Shown here in pieces: positions 1 to 10,389 of a stretch of DNA of 64,000 nucleotides; the first letter of the stretch is position 1; every line of letters begins with the position of its first letter. The DNA is taken from positions 5,403 through 69,402 of the IMG/VR virus record IMGVR_UViG_3300025073_000048, one strand, 5' to 3'. Made by a program: the position numbers and the translations under genes. Under the pieces are notes generated by a model. It did no database searches and was not told where the DNA came from. It worked only from the letters and a program-made list of their open reading frames with translations. The DNA is from a virus.

Positions 1-965
1 TCGACAAACGGGGTCTCAGCCGTATCGTCTGACACGTCAGCAAGTTGCGGCAACAGGGGCAGGATATCCTCGATATCGGAGATGGTGTACTCGGGCACCG
101 GGAGATCGAGCGTGCCGTCCGAAAACTGCTTGATCCGATACCAGCGATATACCGTGTCTCGCGCGAGTTGGCGCTCTTCTCCATCAGGGACGTTCGAGAA
201 CACACCGGGGATCTCGTACTGCCATCCGGCAGTTGGTTTGTACGTCAGTTCGTCGATGGGCCGAATTGATCCGTCGTAGTCAACGCCGACCGCTTCCAGC
301 TTGATCTTCATCTGGAACTTGGTTGGACCCAGTGTCGCGACCACGTTCTTTGGTAACGCGGATGGGTTGGTGTCGATGACGGGATTCAGTTCCATGCCAG
401 TGGTTGGATAGGTCGGCCCCTCTCCATACGGAACGATCTTGATCGTGTTGTCAAGTCGCAGAACGATCAGGCAGCCGATACGGTCGCACAGGTACGCAAG
501 CTGCAGATCTGCGCGCTGCCGACTCCAGTTCACCTCAGGAGGCTCCAGCCCGTCCGCAGTGAGGCGAATGTCGTAGCTCGTCTCACCCAACGCTTTCAGG
601 AGGATCTCCAACACCTCCTTGTAGGTCTTCTTGGTATCCGCCTTGATCGTTCCATCCGCGAGACGCACGTTGTATCGGCCCGAGATCAGACAGTGCTTCC
701 ACTTCCAGCGACGGTCGAGAATCAGCACCCTGTAACGGAATCCCCTACGCACTGCCGGGGGAGTCATGGTGTACTGATCGATAGCGCAATCCTTGAAGCT
801 CAGGATCGGCGTGGCCCCATCCGTGAATGCAAGATCGCCATAGGCCGCGACGGTCGGCTCAGCAACCGCGTAGGCGACACACACGGATGGAGCGATTCCG
901 TGTGTCAGCAGCATGTCGCCACGCGTGAGCTTAAGTTCAGGGAATGTGACACCGAAGTTCGGCAT
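1..965 (-). CDS. Putative tail hub/baseplate-like protein (partial, runs off left edge)
   Basis: Not in ORF track (no stop in window). Hand translation from ATG at 965: MPNFGVTFPELKLTRGDMLLTHGIAPS...ILDRRWKWKHCLISGRYNVR; follows tail genes. Function inferred from synteny. Confidence 0.55.
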   Translation of the reverse strand, partial: MPNFGVTFPELKLTRGDMLLTHGIAPSVCVAYAVAEPTVAAYGDLAFTDGATPILSFKDCAIDQYTMTPPAVRRGFRYRVLILDRRWKWKHCLISGRYNVRLADGTIKADTKKTYKEVLEILLKALGETSYDIRLTADGLEPPEVNWSRQRADLQLAYLCDRIGCLIVLRLDNTIKIVPYGEGPTYPTTGMELNPVIDTNPSALPKNVVATLGPTKFQMKIKLEAVGVDYDGSIRPIDELTYKPTAGWQYEIPGVFSNVPDGEERQLARDTVYRWYRIKQFSDGTLDLPVPEYTISDIEDILPLLPQLADVSDDTAETPFV

Positions 966-967
966 AC

Positions 968-2254
968 TTACACCGCGCCGATCGTGTACTTCTTAATGGC
1001 AGGGAGATCGAGAATCACGTCGGACAGCTTCGCGTAGAGGCGGAATCCGTTCGTCAGCGTGATCGTCCCTGAGGGGTCCTTCAAGCCGCCCCCGTACATG
1101 TAAAAATTGGTAAACGTCTTGCTCGCACGTGCGTCACGTGTGCAGTCGATCGTACCTTTGCTCTGGTTGACGGTGGCATACGTCCCGACTGTCTTGGGAA
1201 AGAACGTGCCGCCGTTGACATTGAGCGTCGTGCCGCCGATGTTTCCACCGACTTGTTCCACGGTGCCTCCGTTTTGCGTCAGCGTCGTGAACGCTGTGCG
1301 GAGCTTCGCCGAACCGCTATCGACGGTTACGGTACCCAAAGTCACCGTGTCGCCTGTTTCGACGACAGGACTCCCCTGACCGCCGATCACGAGCGTTCCC
1401 AGGTTGCCTGCGGTCTTCGGCTCGACACACACGCCGACCCGCCCGTCATTCACGGTCAGGCTGTTGGATGCGTGATTGCCTTTGATCAGCAGCGGCGCGA
1501 CGTTCGTTTCGTAGCTCTGCCCAGTGGCATCGACCACGATGGTGGAAGCCGCCGACCCGAAGTCGAGCTTGATATTTTTCGCTGACGGAGAGTCCACACG
1601 CACGTCAGCACACGACGTGAACGCGAGGTACTGTCCGTTCGGTTCGTCGAAGGGAGTCGAGGCGTTCAATGTGTTGACTGCCGGAAGGCCGATCTCGTGC
1701 TTGTACCCTGGCGCCACCGTGATGCTCGCAGGAGCGTACGCGAGGCTGATACTGAACTGGGGACCCGCCGACGCCCGGTGATCGAACACGATGTCATCGG
1801 CAGCCACGGGCACGGTATCCGCGTCCCAGTTGTCCACGTTGTCCCAGTGGTTCGGCCCGGTTCCGGTACGATCCGTTCCACCGCCCGACACGAACGTCCC
1901 AGAGGCAGCCGTCTCGCCGACCGTCACTGTTCCGATCGGGCGACCGTTCGCCTTCCCTTCCAGGCGTATCCAGTATGCCGAGGCGCTGTAGGACACGGAC
2001 AGGATGGCAAACTCACCCACGCTCGTTCCCAGGCAGTTGCGGACTTCACCGTTTACCGCCGCTCCACCAGTCAGCATGGCATACATCGCCTGCGCCATCT
2101 GCGCCAGAGTCATCGTGGCAGTCAGCGTCATCGTCAGACGCTTGCCGTTGATCTCGATGTATGCCGTCTCGGTGTCGGCCCACGTGCCCGCGAACACGAA
2201 GTATTGAACATCCGTCACAGGCGCCGCTGCGCCGAGCCAGTAGCGAGTAGTCAT
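968..2254 (-). CDS. Virion structural protein, beta-rich
   Basis: 428 aa, G/T/V-rich, NHWDNVDNW motif, in tail module. Confidence 0.55.
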   Translation of the reverse strand: MTTRYWLGAAAPVTDVQYFVFAGTWADTETAYIEINGKRLTMTLTATMTLAQMAQAMYAMLTGGAAVNGEVRNCLGTSVGEFAILSVSYSASAYWIRLEGKANGRPIGTVTVGETAASGTFVSGGGTDRTGTGPNHWDNVDNWDADTVPVAADDIVFDHRASAGPQFSISLAYAPASITVAPGYKHEIGLPAVNTLNASTPFDEPNGQYLAFTSCADVRVDSPSAKNIKLDFGSAASTIVVDATGQSYETNVAPLLIKGNHASNSLTVNDGRVGVCVEPKTAGNLGTLVIGGQGSPVVETGDTVTLGTVTVDSGSAKLRTAFTTLTQNGGTVEQVGGNIGGTTLNVNGGTFFPKTVGTYATVNQSKGTIDCTRDARASKTFTNFYMYGGGLKDPSGTITLTNGFRLYAKLSDVILDLPAIKKYTIGAV

Positions 2255-2266
2255 CGCATCACCTTC

Positions 2267-2992
2267 TTAGGTATTGGGAGGGGCAATCCCCTCGTTCGAG
2301 ATCGAGTACGGGAGCGAGAACCGATACGCCCACTGCGTCGGCCAGAGAAGGCTCTGTAATCGCCCCTTCTTCTGACACGTGCCGCGCACAATGGATCGCC
2401 GGTTGCTGTGTTCGAACTGCGGCCAGTAGGGTGCTGGAGGCTGGATGTACCCGGTGATCCCGACAGACTCTCCAGACTGAATGATGAGCTGTGGAGTCTG
2501 CAGGCAATTCACCTGCAACAGCGGCGGTCCATTGAACTGCGGAATGTACTCCCAGTCGGGCCCACCCGTACCGATGACCTGGATGGTTTCCTCCCAGGAG
2601 AACATCTCCATCTCACTGGAGAGGTAATCCGCCTGAAACACGGCGCGATAGCTGCGTCCTGTTGCGTACTCGCCACCATCCTCCTTGGGATAATCCAGCG
2701 TCAGCAACCGAATGCCGTTGAGGGAGGAATTGAAATCCAACACGTGCGCCGAGGGCGTTCCATCGTCGTGATACAGACCTACGGTATGCCACTCGTATCG
2801 GTAAGCGTCCTCAAGCTCGTCGATCGCAGCCTTGATGTCCGCTTGCCCGGTTACGCAGAGGTGGCCCTGGACCGTGAGCGTCTTGCGCGTGAACACGTAC
2901 CGATTGCGCGGTGAGAACATGCGCTGCTGCTGGATGTAGGTCACATCCACTTCGCCCGCATCGTGCTGGTAGCTGTCCCACTTGAAATACAC
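2267..2992 (-). CDS. Putative tail (distal tail-like) protein
   Basis: 241 aa, two genes downstream of tail tube; beta-strand pattern. Confidence 0.45.
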   Translation of the reverse strand: MYFKWDSYQHDAGEVDVTYIQQQRMFSPRNRYVFTRKTLTVQGHLCVTGQADIKAAIDELEDAYRYEWHTVGLYHDDGTPSAHVLDFNSSLNGIRLLTLDYPKEDGGEYATGRSYRAVFQADYLSSEMEMFSWEETIQVIGTGGPDWEYIPQFNGPPLLQVNCLQTPQLIIQSGESVGITGYIQPPAPYWPQFEHSNRRSIVRGTCQKKGRLQSLLWPTQWAYRFSLPYSISNEGIAPPNT

Positions 2993-3007
2993 GTGTCACC
3001 CCGCTGG

Positions 3008-3361
3008 CTACCTCAGCCTGTCCAGGTAATTTTCGAGCGCTTCGAGACGGTTGGTGGTTTCCATGAGAATCTTCTGGATGGTCGTCAGAAACCGAACGAG
3101 CTGATCCTGATACGTCGCCATCGCACCAGATACGTCATCACCGGCACGGATCGCGTCGAACCCAGGGGACCGCTCACCGACCTCCGTTCCGAACGGCATT
3201 CGCGGACCTTCAGGTGACTCCTGACCGAACGACCCTTTCTCGTTCTGAAACGCGCGCGTGTCGACTTCCTTGGTAACGCCTCCCTGCTTGGCTGGACTTT
3301 CAAATGGGTCCGCCTGAGGCAAAAGGTTGTCGATCGCGCTGCGAACTTTGTCATCTGTCAT
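3008..3361 (-). CDS. Hypothetical tail-associated protein (117 aa)
   Basis: ATG 2 nt after tail tube stop; C-terminal coiled coil. Confidence 0.5.
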   Translation of the reverse strand: MTDDKVRSAIDNLLPQADPFESPAKQGGVTKEVDTRAFQNEKGSFGQESPEGPRMPFGTEVGERSPGFDAIRAGDDVSGAMATYQDQLVRFLTTIQKILMETTNRLEALENYLDRLR

Positions 3362-3363
3362 GG

Positions 3364-4284
3364 TTATGCCGTTGAATCGTTCGTCCAAGTCAGTTCCGGT
3401 GTCGTACCCTTTTTCCGCACGGAGAACTCCAGGGCCAGTGGGATTTCTGTCTTGCCCTTCACAAACGGCGTCTGATCGGCCCACTGCAGTCCGGGCATCG
3501 TGATTGTGGCGGACATGTTCCCGTTCGTGAACTTCAACTCACCGGACATCCCTGCGATCGCATTCGCATTGGCGTAGAGGGCCGCGAACTCAGTGGATGT
3601 GAACGGGTTGTCCGTGATGAGCGTGACCTTGCGACCACGTGGGCAGATCTGCGTTGGAGTCACGCTGTTCACCCACCGTGGCTGGAGCATGTTGTCGATC
3701 ACCAAGGCAAACTGCTTGATCTCGTACGACACGGAGTCGACCTTGAATGTTCCCTCGTAGAACGTGTAGGGGGCCCGATTCGTCGCGGTGCTCAGCGCAG
3801 GAATCGTCCCGGCCCACGACGCGCCACCTGTCTCCGTCTGGCCCATCACCTCCAAGATCAGGTCAACCAGTTCCTGATCCTCATCGCCAGTGCCAGCAGT
3901 TCCACGCAAAATCGCCCGGTTGGTCTTGCATCCGTCGAATCGAAAGATGCTACCTACCTTGTCGATCAGGATACTGTAGGACGGCAGTGCCTCGGCCAGA
4001 CTGAACACGTCCGCCACCTCGGCGGCACCCAAGATGCGTGGCAAGAGATGGTCATAGTCAACGCCTCCCGGCTGGAGTCCAATGCGGCCGGATATCAGAT
4101 AGCACCCATTACGGGCTCGCTCAACGCTCTCTGATCGCGTGCCCATCATTCCGTTCCCGCCCACCACGCGCTGCTGTTTTCCGACCGTTTCATAAATGAA
4201 ATCGATCGGATTGGACGACGCATCAAACGTGGAGTCCGCGTCGAACGCGAGTCGTGACAACGCTCCCTGCGAGCAGCCTCCCAT
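3364..4284 (-). CDS. Tail tube protein
   Basis: 306 aa; GxxGTRS motif near N terminus, FxGCK and IDNML motifs resemble phage tube families; follows tail terminator-like gene. Confidence 0.7.
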   Translation of the reverse strand: MGGCSQGALSRLAFDADSTFDASSNPIDFIYETVGKQQRVVGGNGMMGTRSESVERARNGCYLISGRIGLQPGGVDYDHLLPRILGAAEVADVFSLAEALPSYSILIDKVGSIFRFDGCKTNRAILRGTAGTGDEDQELVDLILEVMGQTETGGASWAGTIPALSTATNRAPYTFYEGTFKVDSVSYEIKQFALVIDNMLQPRWVNSVTPTQICPRGRKVTLITDNPFTSTEFAALYANANAIAGMSGELKFTNGNMSATITMPGLQWADQTPFVKGKTEIPLALEFSVRKKGTTPELTWTNDSTA

Positions 4285-4292
4285 GTCTCACC

Positions 4293-4748
4293 TCACGTTC
4301 TCGTTTCCAAAACAAACGGGCGGATACACAACGAACACACGTCCAGGTTGGAGTTTTTCAGCAAGCCCCAATCCATCACGTCCTCATGCTCGACCTTGAC
4401 GGTGTAAACCGTGCCTGACGTAACGCCTGAGAGTGCGCCTTTCTCCACGAACTTGCGCCGAATCGACTCTCTCCACACGAGCAGTCTGTCGAGGAGGTAC
4501 ACCGAGTCATTGTCGTTATTGACAACCATCGTGACCGCACACCCGTACCCAATCGATTCACGCTGATTCGTGCCTGGAGAATACCTCTCCCGAGATGGGT
4601 GCACCGTGATTCCGGGGAAGTACATCGACCCGTCGTGTGGACGCCGCCGTATGACGATGCGATTGGTTGGCAGATCCGTCAGGCCCAACGCGACAATAAC
4701 ATCGCGCACACCTTCGAGACACTGCATGTAAATGGACGTTCCGGCCAT
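4293..4748 (-). CDS. Putative tail terminator/completion protein
   Basis: 151 aa between adaptor and tube; synteny. Confidence 0.5.
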   Translation of the reverse strand: MAGTSIYMQCLEGVRDVIVALGLTDLPTNRIVIRRRPHDGSMYFPGITVHPSRERYSPGTNQRESIGYGCAVTMVVNNDNDSVYLLDRLLVWRESIRRKFVEKGALSGVTSGTVYTVKVEHEDVMDWGLLKNSNLDVCSLCIRPFVLETRT

Positions 4749-4752
4749 CCGA

Positions 4753-5931
4753 TCAATCCCCCATCACATTCACATCGCCGATACGGTCTCTGCATTCGTA
4801 GTATGGTGAAACCTGATCGATTCTGCGATCTGAGTCCTTCGCCTCCAGTACGGCACGCTCAGCCAACTGGAGCCGCTCGATGCGATCCTTCGAGTCACGC
4901 TTGGTTAGGATGGCAAACGCCGACTCGCAGAGACGCTGGTAAGCGGTCAGCATCGCGCCTGTCTCCACGTCGATCGGATCGCTCACAGTGAACTTGACAG
5001 ACGAGATTGCCGCAGACGGCGCGGCGTCAAGGACACACGTTGCGCCATTCGACGCCACGGACACAATCGTCCTTTCGTCCGTGTACGTGTTCGTGGTATC
5101 ACCAAGACCACCGAATAGGTTGTCTGGCTCATTCGCGGACGAGCCGAATCGAATGATGCACCCAACGTGCGACTGCGTGAACGAACCCGTCGCAATCGTG
5201 CACGTGGTCGATCCAGCAGTGACAGACACGGTCCCAGTCGAATACTTCTCCGTCACGAGTTGCCTTGGAGATTTTTGGAAGTCGTACCGGAACGTCAATA
5301 CTGAGTCCGGTGGAGGCAGGAACACCAGCGACATGTTGTTGATGTAGTCACTGTCGCCCGTGACGTAGGCGTACTCGGGATCGCCCGGTTCAGCCGGATC
5401 GGACACGGCATCGCGTGACGCCTGATCTGGGAACACAACATCAAGTTCCTCATCCTCGGTGACGTTCCAAAGCTGCCCCATCGTCTTGAATCCGACAGGC
5501 AAAGGATATTCGTCGCGGTACAGCGAGTACACAGTCAATGCGGCTACGTCAGCACCAGGATTCACATTCGCGTCCAGAACAACATGTGTTGAATCGACGT
5601 AGCTTTCAACCGGATAGGCGGCTCCCGCGATCAGGAGCTTTCCGTACGCTGCCCATGACGGAAACGTACCGCCCGACAGCGTGACTAATCGTTCCGACGC
5701 GCCGCCCGTGTGATCATAGGCAATTGTTCCTGTCGCGTACGGCGCAACCGTGGCGAGGTAGCGTGTTCCGTTATACATCACCCACGCATGCGCCGTCTGA
5801 AGTGAACGCAACGCCTCCTTTGCGGCGCGCTTAGCCATCCTCAAAGGGCGACCCGCGCGCTCGTCATTGTAAACGTCGAGAATGTGCTCAACGATGTCTT
5901 GGTATGTCCAGATTTCGGTTGTTGCCATCAC
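4753..5931 (-). CDS. Putative head-tail adaptor with beta-domain insertions
   Basis: N-terminal helices ending AHAW, then YPLPxGF motif typical of adaptor proteins. Confidence 0.55.
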   Translation of the reverse strand: MMATTEIWTYQDIVEHILDVYNDERAGRPLRMAKRAAKEALRSLQTAHAWVMYNGTRYLATVAPYATGTIAYDHTGGASERLVTLSGGTFPSWAAYGKLLIAGAAYPVESYVDSTHVVLDANVNPGADVAALTVYSLYRDEYPLPVGFKTMGQLWNVTEDEELDVVFPDQASRDAVSDPAEPGDPEYAYVTGDSDYINNMSLVFLPPPDSVLTFRYDFQKSPRQLVTEKYSTGTVSVTAGSTTCTIATGSFTQSHVGCIIRFGSSANEPDNLFGGLGDTTNTYTDERTIVSVASNGATCVLDAAPSAAISSVKFTVSDPIDVETGAMLTAYQRLCESAFAILTKRDSKDRIERLQLAERAVLEAKDSDRRIDQVSPYYECRDRIGDVNVMGD

Positions 5932-6143
5932 TGAGCCCTATATTGATCAGGTGCCGACCATGACGCGCGTGTCGCATCGCGTGAGTCACGACTGGTGGAT
6001 CTTGTGTCAACGCCAAATGCTGAAGATCTGCGAACGTCCGATGAAGCGTTCAATGGAGATTCAATATCCACGCCTAGCCCGGCAAACCTCCCGCTGGCGA
6101 ATTTCTTTGCGGACCATTTGTGTGTGGCAAATTTCCACTTCAT
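5928..6143 (-). CDS. Small hypothetical protein
   Basis: 71 aa, 4-nt overlaps with both neighbours. Confidence 0.45.
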   Translation of the reverse strand: MKWKFATHKWSAKKFASGRFAGLGVDIESPLNASSDVRRSSAFGVDTRSTSRDSRDATRASWSAPDQYRAQ

Positions 6144-7141
6144 GAGAACACCACCGCACTCACATTGCCGCTGCTATCGACCGTCACCGTCACGGTAATC
6201 CCACCGTAGCTGTAGACTTCTGTCCCTGTCCCCGCACCGGTCACGTTGCCCACAAGCAGCGGAGCGAGCCTGTCAATGAGCGTGTCGAGGGTGGCTAGGT
6301 TCGTGGCCGTAGCCAGCCCAGAGAGTGCCGTGGCCAGCTCGGCGTTGGTGGGAATGTCGGCCACGGCTGTCGTCAGAGCACCGATCTCCGTGTCAATGTA
6401 ACTGGCAATTGTCACTTGGTTGGCGGCTGTTGCGTACGATGCCGCCGCCAGTGTCCGGGCTTCAAACTCAGCCACTGTTGGAACGTCGGCGATCTCCGCT
6501 GTCGTGGCGTTCCCACTGACGGTGCCAGTGATATTCGCCGTCTGATTGCCTAGGCCCGTTGTGGCGGTCAGCGTGTAGCCGGTCTTGGAAGCCGCTGCGA
6601 CTACCACACCAGCCGTGCCCGTGTCGTCGATGATGTTCTGCATCATCTGCCCGTACGTTCCAACGCCACCGTACGACACCGTTGCCGCCGTCCAGACCCA
6701 TTCTGCGATCGCGGCTGCCACATCCGCTGCGAACGTGGCCGCGTCAATGGCACCAGCCTTCACAGCCTCTGCGGTGATGGCGTCGTTGGCGACTTCGTTT
6801 GTCTTGGAGGCCCACGGAAGCAAGTTCGTTCCATCCCAATAGCCTACGATGGTTCCTTGCAGCACGTCCGTGATCGCCGGTGCACCACCGGCCCGCTTGA
6901 AGATGTCCACCCAGTACCAACCAGCAACCATGTTGCCCGTGATGGCCGGGAACGTGCCGACGTAGAAGTAATTGCCACTCGACTCTGTGAGGGCTATGTC
7001 ATAGTCGGCCCAGTTGGCGGCAGTGACCGCCTCGAAATTCGGCGTGCCAGCGGTATTCCACTGCGTGCTCGTCTTGGAGCGGATCGTTGCGTAGAGTGTC
7101 ACGCCCGTTTCGGTGCCGCGATATTGAATTTCGCCTGCCAT
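6140..7141 (-). CDS. Virion structural/fibre-like protein
   Basis: 333 aa, A/T/G-rich. Confidence 0.55.
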   Translation of the reverse strand: MAGEIQYRGTETGVTLYATIRSKTSTQWNTAGTPNFEAVTAANWADYDIALTESSGNYFYVGTFPAITGNMVAGWYWVDIFKRAGGAPAITDVLQGTIVGYWDGTNLLPWASKTNEVANDAITAEAVKAGAIDAATFAADVAAAIAEWVWTAATVSYGGVGTYGQMMQNIIDDTGTAGVVVAAASKTGYTLTATTGLGNQTANITGTVSGNATTAEIADVPTVAEFEARTLAAASYATAANQVTIASYIDTEIGALTTAVADIPTNAELATALSGLATATNLATLDTLIDRLAPLLVGNVTGAGTGTEVYSYGGITVTVTVDSSGNVSAVVFS

Positions 7142-7142
7142 A

Positions 7143-8426
7143 TTACACCCGCCTTACCATATTTCCGCCGAACACCGGAGCGCCTCCACCGCCGCCAGTC
7201 GCCGCCGAACCTGTCCGTGGCGTACTACCGTATGTCTTGCCGCTCACCACGCACGCATCGCTGGTCGCGTCTTCCGTGCCTGTCGGTGTTCCTGAGTTGG
7301 GGATCTGGAGCGTGCCTTGTCCGGCCACGTCTCCGGTGCCAGTGACCGCCGCCCCGCTATCGGACGGATAGCCGCGTGTGATTCCGTATCGCGTATCGGC
7401 TGCTGACGGCACGGACGGGCCGACAATCGCCCCGCTGTGAGCGGAACCGAGTATGGCGGCACATGCGGCAGACGATTGAAGATTGATTTGTGCGAGGGTT
7501 CCGCCTGATCCCAGCGTTAGCGTTCCGCTGGAGTACCCAATAAATATTCGCCCAGAGCACGCCAGCGCAAGGGATGTGAGATTGAGCGTAGCACCCACCA
7601 GAATGCCCCAGTTGCAATCCGTTGCAGCCGCGAGTGTGCGCGAACCAGTCCACGTCACCGTGCCGCCCGTGGAGTTAGTTGACAGGACAGTTGCTAATCC
7701 TGTCGTAACAGGAACCCCGTCCATCACGAACGTGCCAGTGGTGACTCGCAGTAGGTATCCCGCGTTGATTGTAGGAGTTCCAGTCAGTGTCAGCGTTCCA
7801 CCAGCTGCATACAAGCATCCCGTTCCATTGCCCGTCACTGCGCCCGTCAACTGGCTGGTGGAGCCTGTTCCACTAAATACAATGGCAGGACCGCTGTTAC
7901 CCGCCCCAACCGTCAGCACTGTATCTGCTGTTATGGTTAATGACCCAGTTCCTGTCCCACCGTGCGAAACACATCTGCCCGTACCCGATGATGCGCCCGC
8001 TTCGCAGGCAGTGGCACCTGTGTTCGTGATGGATACTACGCCGGTGCTTGTAATGACAATGGCATATCCCGTAGACGTGTTGGTGACGGCCACGCCAGAT
8101 CCAGGCCCGGTGATTGTCAGATTATCACCGGCACCAACAATCAACATGCCGCTCGTTGACGTGTGGGAGTTGCTGACCGTGCCCACAATGGTCAGGGTGC
8201 CGGTTGGCGTAAGCGTTCCGCCTGCGTTCGTCGCTCCTGATCGCAACAGCGTGCATGTCAGCGTCGTTCCGGTAGGGCTGGTCATCGCCAAGGCGTTCAG
8301 GTCCAGGGTATGTCCCGCTGCGTTTCCGTCCGCGAACGTCGCATCTGTGCCGGTGCCATCGGCTGCGGTGTTCCACGCATTGGCCGCGAGCACTGACCCT
8401 GCTGCTTTGGCGTAATAGATGGTCAT
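7143..8426 (-). CDS. Beta-helix-like fibre/spike protein
   Basis: 427 aa, repetitive GTLT/GT strands. Confidence 0.55.
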   Translation of the reverse strand: MTIYYAKAAGSVLAANAWNTAADGTGTDATFADGNAAGHTLDLNALAMTSPTGTTLTCTLLRSGATNAGGTLTPTGTLTIVGTVSNSHTSTSGMLIVGAGDNLTITGPGSGVAVTNTSTGYAIVITSTGVVSITNTGATACEAGASSGTGRCVSHGGTGTGSLTITADTVLTVGAGNSGPAIVFSGTGSTSQLTGAVTGNGTGCLYAAGGTLTLTGTPTINAGYLLRVTTGTFVMDGVPVTTGLATVLSTNSTGGTVTWTGSRTLAAATDCNWGILVGATLNLTSLALACSGRIFIGYSSGTLTLGSGGTLAQINLQSSAACAAILGSAHSGAIVGPSVPSAADTRYGITRGYPSDSGAAVTGTGDVAGQGTLQIPNSGTPTGTEDATSDACVVSGKTYGSTPRTGSAATGGGGGAPVFGGNMVRRV

Positions 8427-8493
8427 TAGTTGCTACCTTTGCCTGCCATTTACGTCTTCTCGTCATCTCCTCCCGCTGGGCGGGGCTAGGGGG

Positions 8494-10389
8494 CTAATCC
8501 CATGCGTCTCGTAAGTCGATTGTCGCGTTCTCTCCTGCCGAAACTGCCTTGACGCACACGACAGGAGATGCCGCTGGGTTCATGTGTAAACTGTCGTCGC
8601 TGTACGTCGCCGAGATCGTGGGAATGGAATCGTTCTGCGTGCCCGGCGTCACCATGTCGGGCCAAGCGTTGTAATACGGAATCCTCCATGCCAGACACAA
8701 TCCCAGCATGGCGCGGTTAAACCACCGAACTCCCTTTGAATCGTACTCGGATGCGTCTCCGTCGCTCCACGGAGGCAGTCCACAAAACAGCATGTCTTCG
8801 TGTCCGAAAGTGGTCAGGATCTGGTATAGATCGGTGATGTAATCAACGAGAGTGGCGACAACCTGCTTGGCGTCTACGTCGTTCGCTGGTGCGGCAGCGC
8901 TAACATCATTCACGCCATAACCACTCCACAGCCATAAGCAGCCGTTCTCGACAATGGATTCGAGATCCGCATCACCTGGCGTCGTCGATGCGATATAATC
9001 TTCCATCAATGCAGAGGCGACACCACCAGCCTTGCCTCCATTGATCCAGATGCGCGGCTTCGTGAAGTATGAGTGCATCGGACCCCAGCCAGCCGTAGTT
9101 GGCCGGACCCCACCCACAAGCGACGTATGCGTTTGCGAGTCGCCAATCGTCACAACTGGCCGAATGCCGATTTGGATTTTTCCTACCGAACACCCAGCCG
9201 CTGCCGCAGAGTCCATTGCCTTAAGGACGCGCCCTCGGCCTGTCGTAAAGCCATAGGCAGTTGACGTTCTCGCTCCAGCGAACTTAATGAAGTGATTGTG
9301 ATACGCCGCCTCCAACTCCGTGCAGCTCCAAAGCACCGCCTGCACGCTTGATGCAATGCCATTCACGATCGGGCGACGGAATAGATAGACGTTGAACTTC
9401 TTGCCCTCAACGCCCGTGGCACTGATATCAGTCAGCGTGACCGACTTGGAATTGCTCTCGATGGTATTCGTTCCGGCCACGGCCTTGCCGCAATCCAGTT
9501 TCGTCACCTCCGTGGTCGCGGCAACTCCCTGCCGATTCGTGTCCTGCTGCCAGATCTCAAAGCGTTTCGTGTCGGTGGCAATCACGTCCTCGAACTTGAT
9601 GACGTAGCGGTCATCCGACGCGACCGGGATCAGCCATTTGTAGATGTCACTCCAGTCCGTTTTGTTGAACTCAATAAACGTGCTGGACGTGTAGGTGATC
9701 GAGAGGCCAAACAATGCCGTTTGGGCCGTGTATTCACACTGGCTCGCCACGTCTGCGGCTGGTATCGACACCGCTGAGTAGTTCGCCGCCTTGACGTACA
9801 TGCGGCGATTGCCAGCGGTGAAGTCGGTCGCATCGGATCGCATCACACCGATGTCAGTGTTGGTATCGGCAAGGACGAAACGAATGCCGTAGTAGTATTC
9901 CCCGCCCGCTGCCAGCGTCACCGCCAATGGAGTCGTCAGCGTGTCGGTGTAATACTTCCACGCATCAGCACCGTCACCAGCGGCGATGGCCTCGGATTCG
10001 CCGACAAGCGTGTAGACCGTCGTGTCGAACTTGTAGACCACGATGTAGGCTGCTGTGATATTCGCTGGCACGTAGTCCAGTGCGAACATCTCCCAGTCGG
10101 TGATCGACTTCACGCCCGCCGTCACATCCCATCGCTGGAGAAGAATCCACGAATCACCTGCCGCCGCCGCCAAAGCACCTCGATCTGTTTCCGCTGTCAG
10201 ATAGTTGGTCGGTGCGTTGCTGGCGTGGCCGTTGGTCATGTCGAGGCCGTACTTCCACGTTGCCAGTGCAGTTGGATCGTAGGCCGGAGAGACGATACCT
10301 GTCTTCATAGGGTTTCTCCACGGATTGACCGTGCGGGGAGCCAGCGTAACTGGGTCCATGTGTCTGTAGTAGTCGGATTTGTTCGGCAT
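8494..10389 (-). CDS. Virion appendage protein with C-terminal SGNH/GDSL hydrolase domain
   Basis: IGDSQT, GYGVNDV and DDSLHMN match SGNH blocks I, III and V. Confidence 0.75.
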   Translation of the reverse strand: MPNKSDYYRHMDPVTLAPRTVNPWRNPMKTGIVSPAYDPTALATWKYGLDMTNGHASNAPTNYLTAETDRGALAAAAGDSWILLQRWDVTAGVKSITDWEMFALDYVPANITAAYIVVYKFDTTVYTLVGESEAIAAGDGADAWKYYTDTLTTPLAVTLAAGGEYYYGIRFVLADTNTDIGVMRSDATDFTAGNRRMYVKAANYSAVSIPAADVASQCEYTAQTALFGLSITYTSSTFIEFNKTDWSDIYKWLIPVASDDRYVIKFEDVIATDTKRFEIWQQDTNRQGVAATTEVTKLDCGKAVAGTNTIESNSKSVTLTDISATGVEGKKFNVYLFRRPIVNGIASSVQAVLWSCTELEAAYHNHFIKFAGARTSTAYGFTTGRGRVLKAMDSAAAAGCSVGKIQIGIRPVVTIGDSQTHTSLVGGVRPTTAGWGPMHSYFTKPRIWINGGKAGGVASALMEDYIASTTPGDADLESIVENGCLWLWSGYGVNDVSAAAPANDVDAKQVVATLVDYITDLYQILTTFGHEDMLFCGLPPWSDGDASEYDSKGVRWFNRAMLGLCLAWRIPYYNAWPDMVTPGTQNDSIPTISATYSDDSLHMNPAASPVVCVKAVSAGENATIDLRDAWD

